Assembly: GCA_964354015.1 (NCBI GenBank)
Contig: CAYGYB010000001.1
Coordinates: 1-36,482 of the forward strand
Source: an uncultured Candidatus Bathyarchaeia archaeon
Lineage (GTDB): Archaea; Thermoproteota; Bathyarchaeia; Bathyarchaeales; Bathycorpusculaceae
Reading direction: 5' to 3'
Length of the DNA stretch: 36,482 nucleotides
Position 1 is the stretch's first letter; each line of letters opens with the position of its first letter. Below are positions 16,549 to 25,583 of the stretch, piece after piece. The position numbers and the translations under genes were made by a program. Below the pieces are notes generated by a model that was not told the DNA's origin, did no database searches, and saw nothing but the letters and a program-made list of their open reading frames with translations.

Positions 16549-18081
16549 TCATTCTGGCTCGAATATAGACTTGCCCTGTTTGTTTAGCTTTTTCAAACGG
16601 TCATCCATGTTTTTTAGTGCGTTGGAGTCTGGAAGCCCGTAGTCTTCTTTTTCTCTCTCGGCTAAATATTGTGGGTAGTGAATGACTTTTATTGGCACGG
16701 CAAATCGTATTTTGGGTTCTGATATGAGCAAGGCTTCACCTATGTCCAGCATCTTTATTTCTGTATCGCTGTATTCCATGTAAGGCGTATTGTCTGTCAA
16801 GTATTTTCTGTCGTTTTTCAGTTCTGTTTTCATTATTACTTTTGTCCACAATTCGGCGAAAACATCAAAGTCGATTCTGGAGGGTCGAGGAGTAACAGCA
16901 TTTAATCCGACTCGATATTTACGGTATGTCAAAGCTATGTCCGAGAAGATAGTTCGAGGTTTGGCTGGGTCAAGAAACTCATGCGCTTCTTCCAACGTTA
17001 TCAGCAGGGTCGGAAGCTTCTGCCATTCTTCATACTTCTCTTCCCACATGTGCTTGTATTTCTCAGCAACGGTGGAAGCTATCATACATACGATTCGTTT
17101 TTGGTCCTCATCGCGAAGTCCCGATATGTCAATTAAGCATGTTATTCCTTCACATATGTTCTGTGAGATATTATCGATAACACTGTAGTCAGATGGGGGA
17201 AAGAGGTCCTCTGGGAGAGAGGACAGCTTTTGCATAAGCGCTCCAACTGCTTCTTTATGTCCTTTTGTTTCGAATTTTCCTCCTGCTTCAAAAGTTTTCA
17301 GAGCCTCCTCTATCCACCTATTTCCATGTGCTTTGTAGAGAGACCGTGCAAGTCGCCTTTGTGGAAGGGATACATCAGAGAAAAGAGTTGCAAGCTTTTC
17401 AGGTTTGATTGTGTACAAACCAACCATTAGCTTCTTGTCTCTTGCAGAATAGTACCTAACCTTTGTGTGGAATAAGGGATGGTCTTTCAAACCGCATTGA
17501 GGTTTGATTTCTTTTCCTTCAAAAAGCTGACCTGCAAAATCAAATATTAACGCAACCGTCTTCGGGCTGTTGTCAATTAATTGAGCGTTCAAAATCAGTT
17601 CTGTATTTGTCTTTCCAGACCCTGTCATCCCAAACATGCCCATCATGCGGGGAAGAGAGTCAATGTCTATCCCCACTAAACCTAACAGTTGCTTTCCAGA
17701 ACGCATCAGCCCAAGATTCATATCGCCTGCAAGTTTGAGAATCGAATGGTCTTCTTCGCCAGTTGCAAAGACTTGGTCATTGTAATTCGGGTTGAATGTC
17801 GGTGATCGTACTCGATTATCTGTCCTCTCCAAAAACAGTACTGCTTCAACGCTCCTGAAACAGGAGTATGGACCAAAGACCTCCTTACCTTCTGCCTGTC
17901 TTAGTTGTTCAGTAGTTTGCAGTGTTGAACTGCTTTCTGCATTGACAACTCTTGCATAAAAGATGCTTTCAACAGAGTCAATACGGACAATTTGCCCAAA
18001 AGAAATTCGGGCTGTTTTGTCCAAAAAGAATTTTACAGTGTCGCTCTTTGTTCCACAAACAAATCCAATAGATTTAGACAT
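16549..18081 (-). CDS. HerA-like (DUF87 / FtsK-HerA superfamily) ATPase
   Basis: It has an N-terminal HAS-barrel-like segment (IGFVCGTKSDTVKFFL...FGQIVRID...FYARVV). Walker A is GMFGMTGSGKTN and Walker B is LLITLEEAHEFL. At about 510 aa it matches archaeal HerA in size. Confidence 0.8.
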   Translation of the reverse strand: MSKSIGFVCGTKSDTVKFFLDKTARISFGQIVRIDSVESIFYARVVNAESSSTLQTTEQLRQAEGKEVFGPYSCFRSVEAVLFLERTDNRVRSPTFNPNYNDQVFATGEEDHSILKLAGDMNLGLMRSGKQLLGLVGIDIDSLPRMMGMFGMTGSGKTNTELILNAQLIDNSPKTVALIFDFAGQLFEGKEIKPQCGLKDHPLFHTKVRYYSARDKKLMVGLYTIKPEKLATLFSDVSLPQRRLARSLYKAHGNRWIEEALKTFEAGGKFETKGHKEAVGALMQKLSSLPEDLFPPSDYSVIDNISQNICEGITCLIDISGLRDEDQKRIVCMIASTVAEKYKHMWEEKYEEWQKLPTLLITLEEAHEFLDPAKPRTIFSDIALTYRKYRVGLNAVTPRPSRIDFDVFAELWTKVIMKTELKNDRKYLTDNTPYMEYSDTEIKMLDIGEALLISEPKIRFAVPIKVIHYPQYLAEREKEDYGLPDSNALKNMDDRLKKLNKQGKSIFEPE

Positions 18082-19108
18082 AATCTCCTATTCCTTCTCT
18101 TCTAAACGCATATTGAACTCCATGAAGTTCATCCGCAAAACTACAAGATTGCTCCTCCAAACGCAGCATTTTCGATAACCCTGCCTCTCTCAGTCTGTCC
18201 TCAACAATGTCGTAATAATGAAGAAGTGCAGTGTCTGAAGGACCCGAGAACTCATGCGCAAGGTATAGAGGAACTGGGTATCCCAAACAACGAGCATCTC
18301 CTGAAACCGCAGTCAATGGCGACAGAATTTCCGCTACGTTTCGACCTTTCAAATACTCCATTACGTCACATCGAAACACGCGTTGACTTCCTTCGAATAA
18401 TTTGACTAACGATATGTCCCCAAAGAGATGTTTCCCCCTATCAGCAGTTCTAACGGGATGATAAGTCCAGATGTCGTAAGGCGAAAGCAAACTTGCGTTT
18501 GCTATAAAGTCTCTGCCTTTTTCATCGTGAAGAAGCGGCGAGTTCTTGCTCAATGCCAAGAGGACTATCCCCATTTTCTCGCACTTTTCATACAAGGATA
18601 GTCTAAAATTTCTTCTACCACCAAAATAACCTGCGCCGTCAAGCAACACGTAGTTGGTTGCATTTTCTTCTTCATTACAGTTGGTGTCTCCTGATTTTAG
18701 AAGTTTCAAAGCGAGCTCGCTTTCCAGTTCGATTCTGTAATCTGTAAGGAAATTGCCTCGCGTTTTTGTGTCTCCAACTGCTGTGAACAGCCTCTCCTCA
18801 TAGTTCCATTCCACCTCTCGTTCTTTAACAAAGACATGGGCTGTCCGCATAAGGTAGACACCCCAGTTGTTTGCTCTTTTGAGCGTCCTTGTCGAGCAAT
18901 CAACAGCGACAAAGGTTCCGCAAAAGTTGTCGATTCTTTTCAAGGGTCTGATATGCGAGGCTTCAGGCTTAATGGATATTATATGCTCTTCCAAGAAATC
19001 ATTCGAATCGTAGGCAATTCCATTTTGTGTATAGTATTTAAGCTTCTTTTCCATATCAGCAAGACCATTATCGGCAATTGAGTTCATCATTGAAGGCGCC
19101 TTTCTCAT
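18074..19108 (-). CDS. NurA-like nuclease (RNase H-fold 5'-3' exo/endonuclease family)
   Basis: FVAVDCST corresponds to the NurA AVDGS motif, YVLLDGAGYFGG to the second Asp motif, and LGYPVPLYLAHEFSG to the YP-x-x-L-x-x-AH motif. Its 3' end overlaps the herA-like start by 8 nt. Confidence 0.6.
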   Translation of the reverse strand: MRKAPSMMNSIADNGLADMEKKLKYYTQNGIAYDSNDFLEEHIISIKPEASHIRPLKRIDNFCGTFVAVDCSTRTLKRANNWGVYLMRTAHVFVKEREVEWNYEERLFTAVGDTKTRGNFLTDYRIELESELALKLLKSGDTNCNEEENATNYVLLDGAGYFGGRRNFRLSLYEKCEKMGIVLLALSKNSPLLHDEKGRDFIANASLLSPYDIWTYHPVRTADRGKHLFGDISLVKLFEGSQRVFRCDVMEYLKGRNVAEILSPLTAVSGDARCLGYPVPLYLAHEFSGPSDTALLHYYDIVEDRLREAGLSKMLRLEEQSCSFADELHGVQYAFRREGIGDYV

Positions 19109-19223
19109 TAATTATGGGACTGAATTCTATTAAGATATGCGCCATTGCAAATATAAGACAACTGTGGCAACGACTTCTCCAATCTGTGGAGAGGTGAGTT
19201 AAAATAACAAGCGCGCGCTTTGA

Positions 19224-20636
19224 TCAAATTTTAGTTGGAATATCTTCCATAAGTCTTGGTTCGACTTTTTCTTTTACAGCAAGATGTAATAAATCGGTGA
19301 TCTCGTTTTTTTGTTTTCTCATCTGATTTATCTCAGCCATAGCTTGATCTACGATTTGAAGCTGGTCTTCCTTTTTTTCGGGTGGCTTGGGGATCTTCAA
19401 GTTGCGAACTTTGGCAAGACCAAGCTTTTGTTGTCTTAGTTCACTCATTTCTTTTTGAATCTGAATTTGCACAATTGACGAATTAAGCAAGCAAAACAGA
19501 TATTTCGGCTCCACTGAATCCTTAGGAGAAAGTACAGCTAAATTCTCTGTTAAGTTGCTGGTTCCAAGCCCTTCAGGAATAATTGCCACTTTGCCCACGG
19601 TTCCAGCTATAGCCATGACAATCTCGTTTTCAAAGACTTGATATCTCTCGATCGAAGCGTGTTGTTTTTCAGAGATATATCTGATGGCTCTTGTATTGAC
19701 TTCTCCATCTACAATGTCTGTATTCCGCAAATATTTGTATTTAGTGACCCCAGACGAATATCCGCTACCCTTCTTCAAGCGCCTCCCTCCGCGCACGGTA
19801 GCCAAAGAAGACAAAGAGACCCATTCAGGAATAGCATCTTGCATTTCCTTTATTTTTGTCGTTAACATGTTTTGTCTAAAACCAACTCTCATCAATCGGT
19901 TAGAACCTATTTGACTAAACGAAGTTTGGAAGCGGCTAACAACACCTCTTGGAACGGTTAATCCAAATACTCTGAAGAAGGTGTCATCGCATATTTGGGA
20001 AATTGGACGAATTGATTTGGTGATGGTCGTAATCCTTCCGTCAATCTCTAATAAATCAGCGGTAATGTTTTCCTGAGTTTCGATTGATGGAATTGGAAGC
20101 TTTAGCTGTAACAATTCTTCTATTGGCAAACGCGCTTGTATTTTTCCAGATTTCAGCAATCCTAAAGAAGTCAGAACCTTCGGATTAAGCAGGAGATATT
20201 TAAAGAATGGGGCAGTTACTTTTTCGCTATTAAGTTTTAGTGGAATCCATTCTGTTGAACCTATCCATAACTTTTCCTTTCTGTTGATCAGTATTTTTCC
20301 CAGTTCTGGCTCAATCTTGGCGATGAGAATGTCGGCGTCTGCAAAATCCAATTTGTTTGACCCTACTTCTATCACGGTTTTTTCGGATAGAAGCGCCGAT
20401 GTCTTCGACTTGACGTCTTCAAGCTCTATGAGAACACGTGCCGTATCAAGAGTTCCCTTTTTTATTATTGTTTTTTTCAGGGAGAAAATAAGGTCGATCA
20501 CTCTTGTTGGCTTCAGAGTGCTGTTAAGAAAAATGACAGAGTCCAATTCATCTACAAAATATCTGTATCTGGCACCAAGCCTACGGCTCGACCTAAGACC
20601 CAGATTGGAAAAGGATGTGACAAACGAGAATACCAA
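19224..20636 (-). CDS. restriction-modification specificity subunit (HsdS/BcgIB-like, two target-recognition domains)
   Basis: Two TRD-like halves are each followed by the conserved helical spacer (LPIPSIETQENITADLLEIDGRI and KIPKPPEKKEDQLQIVDQAMAEINQM). The start lies 3 nt after the methyltransferase stop; the track start is a TTG. Confidence 0.8.
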   Translation of the reverse strand: MVFSFVTSFSNLGLRSSRRLGARYRYFVDELDSVIFLNSTLKPTRVIDLIFSLKKTIIKKGTLDTARVLIELEDVKSKTSALLSEKTVIEVGSNKLDFADADILIAKIEPELGKILINRKEKLWIGSTEWIPLKLNSEKVTAPFFKYLLLNPKVLTSLGLLKSGKIQARLPIEELLQLKLPIPSIETQENITADLLEIDGRITTITKSIRPISQICDDTFFRVFGLTVPRGVVSRFQTSFSQIGSNRLMRVGFRQNMLTTKIKEMQDAIPEWVSLSSLATVRGGRRLKKGSGYSSGVTKYKYLRNTDIVDGEVNTRAIRYISEKQHASIERYQVFENEIVMAIAGTVGKVAIIPEGLGTSNLTENLAVLSPKDSVEPKYLFCLLNSSIVQIQIQKEMSELRQQKLGLAKVRNLKIPKPPEKKEDQLQIVDQAMAEINQMRKQKNEITDLLHLAVKEKVEPRLMEDIPTKI

Positions 20637-20639
20637 AAT

Positions 20640-22967
20640 TTAACAGTCCCACGGTTTTAATGCCAAAAAACTATCAAGGATATTTGGAATCGAGTCAGTT
20701 CCATTTTTGGCGGCGCTCAGGGAAGTTGCAAAGAGCTCATTTGGTCTATGCAGTTCGCCTTGCTTTTTGCTTCGCTTGTACCCGATTTCATCTGCGTGCG
20801 CCATGAATATCTTATAATCGAGCCTTCGGCTTACTTTACTGAAAACCCACCAGTCAATATTCTTCAGAAGTTCAGATAAAATATCTTCATACGTTTCTTT
20901 AATGGCGTTGGCGTCAAGATTTGCCGCATCAGCTTCCGTCATGAATTCCGACAAAAAAGTTAAGAAGATTTTCTTGTCCGAATCATCGAGAGGCACCTGT
21001 CCAGTGAGAACAATTCTTTCAATCTCACTTCGAAGTTTGCGATACTCTTTTGTTTCTTCTCTCCAAATGCGATCATATTCTTTAACCTCCTCTCTCGTTT
21101 TCTTTCTTGCAATTAGTAGACTCGTCTTGGTAGGCGTAAAAGGCTTGAAAGCAAGGAACGGAAGAGAGATTATAGCTTTGATTTCGAAATGTCTATAGAG
21201 GAACTTTCGAATGTAGAGGTTGTCTTCAGTATCAAGCACGCTGTCAGGCAATACAACTCCTAAGCGACCGTTTTCGCGGAGTAATTGGAACCAGCGCTCT
21301 ATGAACAGATTTTCAGAATTTTGGTTATCAGCAAACATAAATCTATCATTTAGCCCCTTCTTAGTTTCGGGATCGAGTGTAACGCTGAATGGAGGATTTG
21401 AAACCACCAGATCAAACTGCTCATTTACAGGTTTATCATATATCTGAGTCTCATAGTTGCCAGATTTTGACAAAGCACTAATACGATCTTGCAACTGATA
21501 GTTTTCAAATTCGAGAAGACCGTCTTTTTGGAAGATGTTTAGGTTTCCATCCCCGTGCAAAACCATGTTAACTTTGGTTGTCAGTGCTAAATCAGGGTTT
21601 GGTTCTATTCCATAAACATACTCTCTTGCCCATATATTCTCCTTAATTGCGGGGGACCAACTCGCAATAAGCTCGCGTATTCGCTTTGATCCGCGTATTT
21701 TTGCGAAATTGTCTTCTTTAATAGTTCTCGTTACGAGTTTCATGCATTCTATTAGGAAGGTACCAGAGCCAGCTGAAGGATCGCATATGAAAGGCAAGCG
21801 GGTTTGGTCGTTAATCTCTTTCGCCACAAGATTTGGGAGACCTACAGCAAGGAGTATGAAACGCACAATGTTTGTGTGGGTAAGGAATTGACCCCTTGTT
21901 TGGGTGAATTCTTTACTTATTATGTTTTCAAAAAATTCGCCCAGTAAATCGCCTTCTTCCTTATGTTTGTTTTCAACGAGTGAAAATCCTTGAAGTCGGT
22001 CTACAACATAAGCAATTTTGTAGTCTGGAATTATGTCTTTGTCTATCCCTGTCGAGTTTTTGATAACATCAGCAGGAATCCCGAGGTATTTTCTTCGCGC
22101 GTCATTATATAGAGTATTTACCTTGTCGTATATTTCGTCAAGAGGTTGTGGAATACCATCTTTGTATTCAATCTGAAAGCGGTAAGATTCACCGTCTGCA
22201 CACTCGTTTTCGTCGTAAACTTTGGCAAAAAACAGTTTTACCAAGTTGATGAAAATTTGGTTATATGCCATTCCTCCACCGCCCCAGAGGGTTTCGTGCA
22301 GCTCTACTCTCAGGACTCGGAAGTCTTCTCTTTCAAGCGAAGTATCAAGGTCGCTTACTCCCTTAACATAAAGAGTTTTAGTTGCAATTCCGTATTCGAC
22401 AGGAAGGCGATTCAGGCTTGGAGATCCGTTTTTTTCCCAATTTTCAAAGTCCTTAAAACGTTCATTGTCGATAAGGAGTGTTTTGTCTTGAATCCTGCCA
22501 TTAGATAATTCTGAGGTGCAATAAACTAAATATTTTACTGGCGCTTCCTGCTTTGCCATATCAAATAGCTGTCCCTTAATCATTGAACGGTGCTCTTCAA
22601 ATTTCTCGGGTGGCTTAATTTCAACAAAAAGATAGGTTGAAGCAATGTTTGGTTTCCTTTTGTCTCTAACTATTAAATCAATTCTGCCTTTTGCCTCTTT
22701 AGGTCTCCCTATGCAGTACTCTTTTTCCATTTCTATCGATGAAACAGGATACTTCAGCTCCTTAACTAAACGGACTGTGAGGTAAGCGCGAACATATTCC
22801 TCATCTATTAACGATGATATTGCCCTGTGAAGAACAATCTTCGAAGAATTATACTCTATTTTACCTCCTTGAAAATCACTGTTAGGAACAAGTTTGGAAA
22901 CTATCTCTCCTGAAGGGTCATTGTCCTGAATGTACTTGACAATTGCCTTCTTCAAATTAATGTTCAT
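20640..22967 (-). CDS. fused PD-(D/E)xK endonuclease / gamma-class N6-adenine DNA methyltransferase (Type IIB BcgIA-like or Type IIG-like)
   Basis: The N-terminal HSDR_N-like nuclease motif is GRIDLIV...YLFVEIKPP (D...E-x-K). Methyltransferase motif I is FICDPSAGSGTFLIE and motif IV is VVSNPPFSV. Confidence 0.85.
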   Translation of the reverse strand: MNINLKKAIVKYIQDNDPSGEIVSKLVPNSDFQGGKIEYNSSKIVLHRAISSLIDEEYVRAYLTVRLVKELKYPVSSIEMEKEYCIGRPKEAKGRIDLIVRDKRKPNIASTYLFVEIKPPEKFEEHRSMIKGQLFDMAKQEAPVKYLVYCTSELSNGRIQDKTLLIDNERFKDFENWEKNGSPSLNRLPVEYGIATKTLYVKGVSDLDTSLEREDFRVLRVELHETLWGGGGMAYNQIFINLVKLFFAKVYDENECADGESYRFQIEYKDGIPQPLDEIYDKVNTLYNDARRKYLGIPADVIKNSTGIDKDIIPDYKIAYVVDRLQGFSLVENKHKEEGDLLGEFFENIISKEFTQTRGQFLTHTNIVRFILLAVGLPNLVAKEINDQTRLPFICDPSAGSGTFLIECMKLVTRTIKEDNFAKIRGSKRIRELIASWSPAIKENIWAREYVYGIEPNPDLALTTKVNMVLHGDGNLNIFQKDGLLEFENYQLQDRISALSKSGNYETQIYDKPVNEQFDLVVSNPPFSVTLDPETKKGLNDRFMFADNQNSENLFIERWFQLLRENGRLGVVLPDSVLDTEDNLYIRKFLYRHFEIKAIISLPFLAFKPFTPTKTSLLIARKKTREEVKEYDRIWREETKEYRKLRSEIERIVLTGQVPLDDSDKKIFLTFLSEFMTEADAANLDANAIKETYEDILSELLKNIDWWVFSKVSRRLDYKIFMAHADEIGYKRSKKQGELHRPNELFATSLSAAKNGTDSIPNILDSFLALKPWDC

Positions 22968-23457
22968 GCCTAATTCTCACGTCCGAGATTCACGCTCTAT
23001 CGTCAAAGAGTTCAATTGAATATGGCATCTGACGTTAATATTACTTTTCCAAATAGTGGGTGTTCATTTCAATGAAATTCATGTGAACCCCAAATCGACC
23101 GAAGACTTGACCGAAGGTTATCAATGGACTTAAGAAGCGAGTTTGCCATTATTTGCACATTGGCTATTCGGTATTTGAAAAGAATAGCCAAAGCCACTGC
23201 TCTTCAACTTTCTTTGGTGGACGTTGTGAGTGTTCTTAGAAACTGGAAAAGAAAGGAATTTTTGATAGAGTAAGATCCGTAAATTCATCACCAAAAGGTG
23301 AGTCCATCCTCTTAAGAAAGGAAGAAAGTTAAATATTGGTCACAAAATCTCTCGCATAACTGTTTGCTTCCTTTTCCTCCACCCTAACAAGAAGGTCTAA
23401 ACTGTTAGAATCAACCAAATGGTGATATAATTCATGGAGTATTATGCGTTTGGTTAA

Positions 23458-23658
23458 CCCTCTCTTAGTAAAGTAAGCCCGCTAACCGGATTCTTAGCGT
23501 TTACGTTGATGCTGAACGAAAGCCTTGAAGACACAGAGAACCTGCCAGCCCCTGAAGTCTTAGCTGCAGAAATCGCAGAAAACCTGCAATCAGCACTCGA
23601 GCAGTTCAATAGCATGCGCGAAGAGTTGGACGAAGACAAGAGCCAAGAGCGCGCGTGA
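23458..23658 (+). pseudogene. relic of the C-terminus of a type I R-M HsdM subunit
   Basis: The open frame ends ...ESLEDTENLPAPEVLAAEIAENLQSALEQFNSMREELDED*. It closely resembles the C-terminal tail of EcoKI-type HsdM (SLPEPDVLAAEAMGELVQAL...). No methyltransferase domain lies upstream. A 15-codon stub follows where hsdS would start. Confidence 0.45.
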
Positions 23659-24368
23659 GCTTATCATGATGAAAGAGCCTTTAGTGAGTAATTCGCAGCG
23701 CCGCGATGATTAAGCGTCTCCAACTCTGACTAAAATGCGCGTTACCACGCACGCAGAAGCTTGCTTGCGCGTAAATAGATCTGCGCGAACAGCGTCAACA
23801 GAGCTTAATTCAAGTTGTGTGCAGATAGACCTGCACACAAAGCACAACAGCACAAGGGGCTTAGCTGTGAACAAACCACGTTACTACGTACATACGCTTC
23901 TTGAAGCGCTGCACAAGGGAACTTTGCTACTTTATGCACTCAAAGAATCAGCGTCCTTTTTTGAATCAGAGCATTCGTTATGAGACTTGTGGGTCACTGG
24001 TTTGGAGCTTTAGTCGTTCTCTAAGTTAAGTGCGGTGATTAGTGCTATCGCGTGGCGAGCAAGTCTTGCAAACTTTGCTCCCAGAATATGCGGGTAGGGT
24101 TGCACAGGGAAGCGAGGGAACATGGTGCTTAGTGCTTCCTTTGCTCATCGCGTTCAGAGCTTGTTTCACGTTTTGTCTGAGAGGTTCCTATTTCTGTCTC
24201 TTTCGTAAATGTACTTAAATTACAAACTGAATCTACTTGTTCTGGAAGTATAAGATTTATAGACCTCTCAGACAAATTGCGTTTTAAGCTCTGATTACTG
24301 TTCCCTTTGTTTTTGCGCCGATTGGTTAGCAAGAGCATTAAACGCGTTACGCGCTTTGCAAAAAAAAA

Positions 24369-25583
24369 TTAGTCACGCTTTACGATGGCGCGTCCGTCTT
24401 GCAGCGTATGAATAAGCGTCCAGCCCTCGTTAAGATAGTTCAATAGTTCGTTCTCTGCAATCTGCTTGAATTCTTCTCCGCAGTGTCTTCCGTTAGTGCA
24501 TTCAGGATTTACATGTTTTTTATCTCTAAGCAACATCCATCGCCGTCTAAGTTGTTGCTGCTCAGCTTCCAACTGTGCCAAGCGTTCGGACACCTCTTTC
24601 GGCACTTGCTTCTTATCAGCCGTAAACTCTAAAAGCGGCACGGCTTCGGCAAACTTTGCGCGTAACTGATCAATAGCGGGTTGGCTGTACGGTGCTTCCT
24701 CGCCCTTAACTTTGCGTCCTCTGATTTTGCGCGCCCAGTTTGGAACCATACCAATCTCCTCAAGCGCCGTGTTCACGTAGCGCCTCGCATCATGCAAGCT
24801 AAACTGCACGCCTGCTCCCTTACTTAAACGCCAGATTAGCTTGCCATACTCCTCGTAAGCCAGCGGTTTAAAAGGCGCGCGGGTTTCAAGCCACACGTTA
24901 TCCTCAGCAGTTAAAGTTCGCCCAAGTTTCTGCTCAATCCACTCTTTGTAAAGTTTTAAGTCTCTAACTGCTTCCGGCGTTAAGAAAGTTATCTGCTGAA
25001 CGCCCTTGTAGCGTCCGCGTCCGTGCCCTTTCAAAATCTCTGACGGAAGGTTTATGCACGGTAAATCCGCTTGTTCCCAATCGTCTTGAATGTGCTTCCA
25101 TTTAAGTTGCGACAGCGTTTCCTTGGCGATAGCGGTTGAGTTGACGAAAGTGATAAGCGCTTTATCTCGCAAGTTCGACGACCAACTCCACAGTTTACGT
25201 AGGTTTTGCTTAGAGGGCTTATTGTACGGCTTAACTTTCTCAAGTTGAACAACTCCGCACGCTCTGGCTAAGTCGCAGTAGTTATGCTTAAAAAAACTCT
25301 TAACTGCTGTTGTAACGCGGAACTTAACGGAATTCTTGAAGCCTGCTTTGTTCTCAGCAACAAAATCGTCTAATAGCGCCTCAGCTTCTTTGCTTGCTGG
25401 GTTACTTTTAAGCGCCAGCAGCTCCGTTGGTGACTTTCCGCTCCACTGGCAGAAGCGGTAAAGGTCAAAAGCGTTTAGCTGCTTCTCCTGAATGCGCGTA
25501 AGCCAGCGCTTAACCTCATCGTAGCGTTCAGCCCACGCTTCAAGCACGTTATTCTTTTTAATCTCGCTCATTTTAGCTTTCAC
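24369..25583 (-). CDS. tyrosine recombinase / integrase
   Basis: The catalytic-domain pattern is ...ETRAP..., FSLHDARRYVNT (H-x-x-R), NWARKIRGRK, then APYSQP as a candidate nucleophile Tyr. The N-terminal SAM-like domain fits. It lies at the edge of the accessory segment. Confidence 0.75.
   Translation of the reverse strand: MKAKMSEIKKNNVLEAWAERYDEVKRWLTRIQEKQLNAFDLYRFCQWSGKSPTELLALKSNPASKEAEALLDDFVAENKAGFKNSVKFRVTTAVKSFFKHNYCDLARACGVVQLEKVKPYNKPSKQNLRKLWSWSSNLRDKALITFVNSTAIAKETLSQLKWKHIQDDWEQADLPCINLPSEILKGHGRGRYKGVQQITFLTPEAVRDLKLYKEWIEQKLGRTLTAEDNVWLETRAPFKPLAYEEYGKLIWRLSKGAGVQFSLHDARRYVNTALEEIGMVPNWARKIRGRKVKGEEAPYSQPAIDQLRAKFAEAVPLLEFTADKKQVPKEVSERLAQLEAEQQQLRRRWMLLRDKKHVNPECTNGRHCGEEFKQIAENELLNYLNEGWTLIHTLQDGRAIVKRD

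Noticed and set aside
23124-23273. A 49-aa ORF (MDLRSEFAIICTLAIRYLKRIAKATALQLSLVDVVSVLRNWKRKEFLIE), considered as a possible small DNA-binding protein.
   Set aside because: It has no recognisable motif and no clear ribosome-binding or promoter signal, and it lies in a region that otherwise looks decayed. It is too short to support from sequence alone.
23735-24338. ORFs 23735-23983(+) and 24129-24338(-), plus 23454-23639(-).
   Set aside because: They have an odd composition (Ser/Arg/Thr-rich) and no motifs. 23454-23639(-) is antisense to the HsdM-tail relic. They are treated as non-coding debris.
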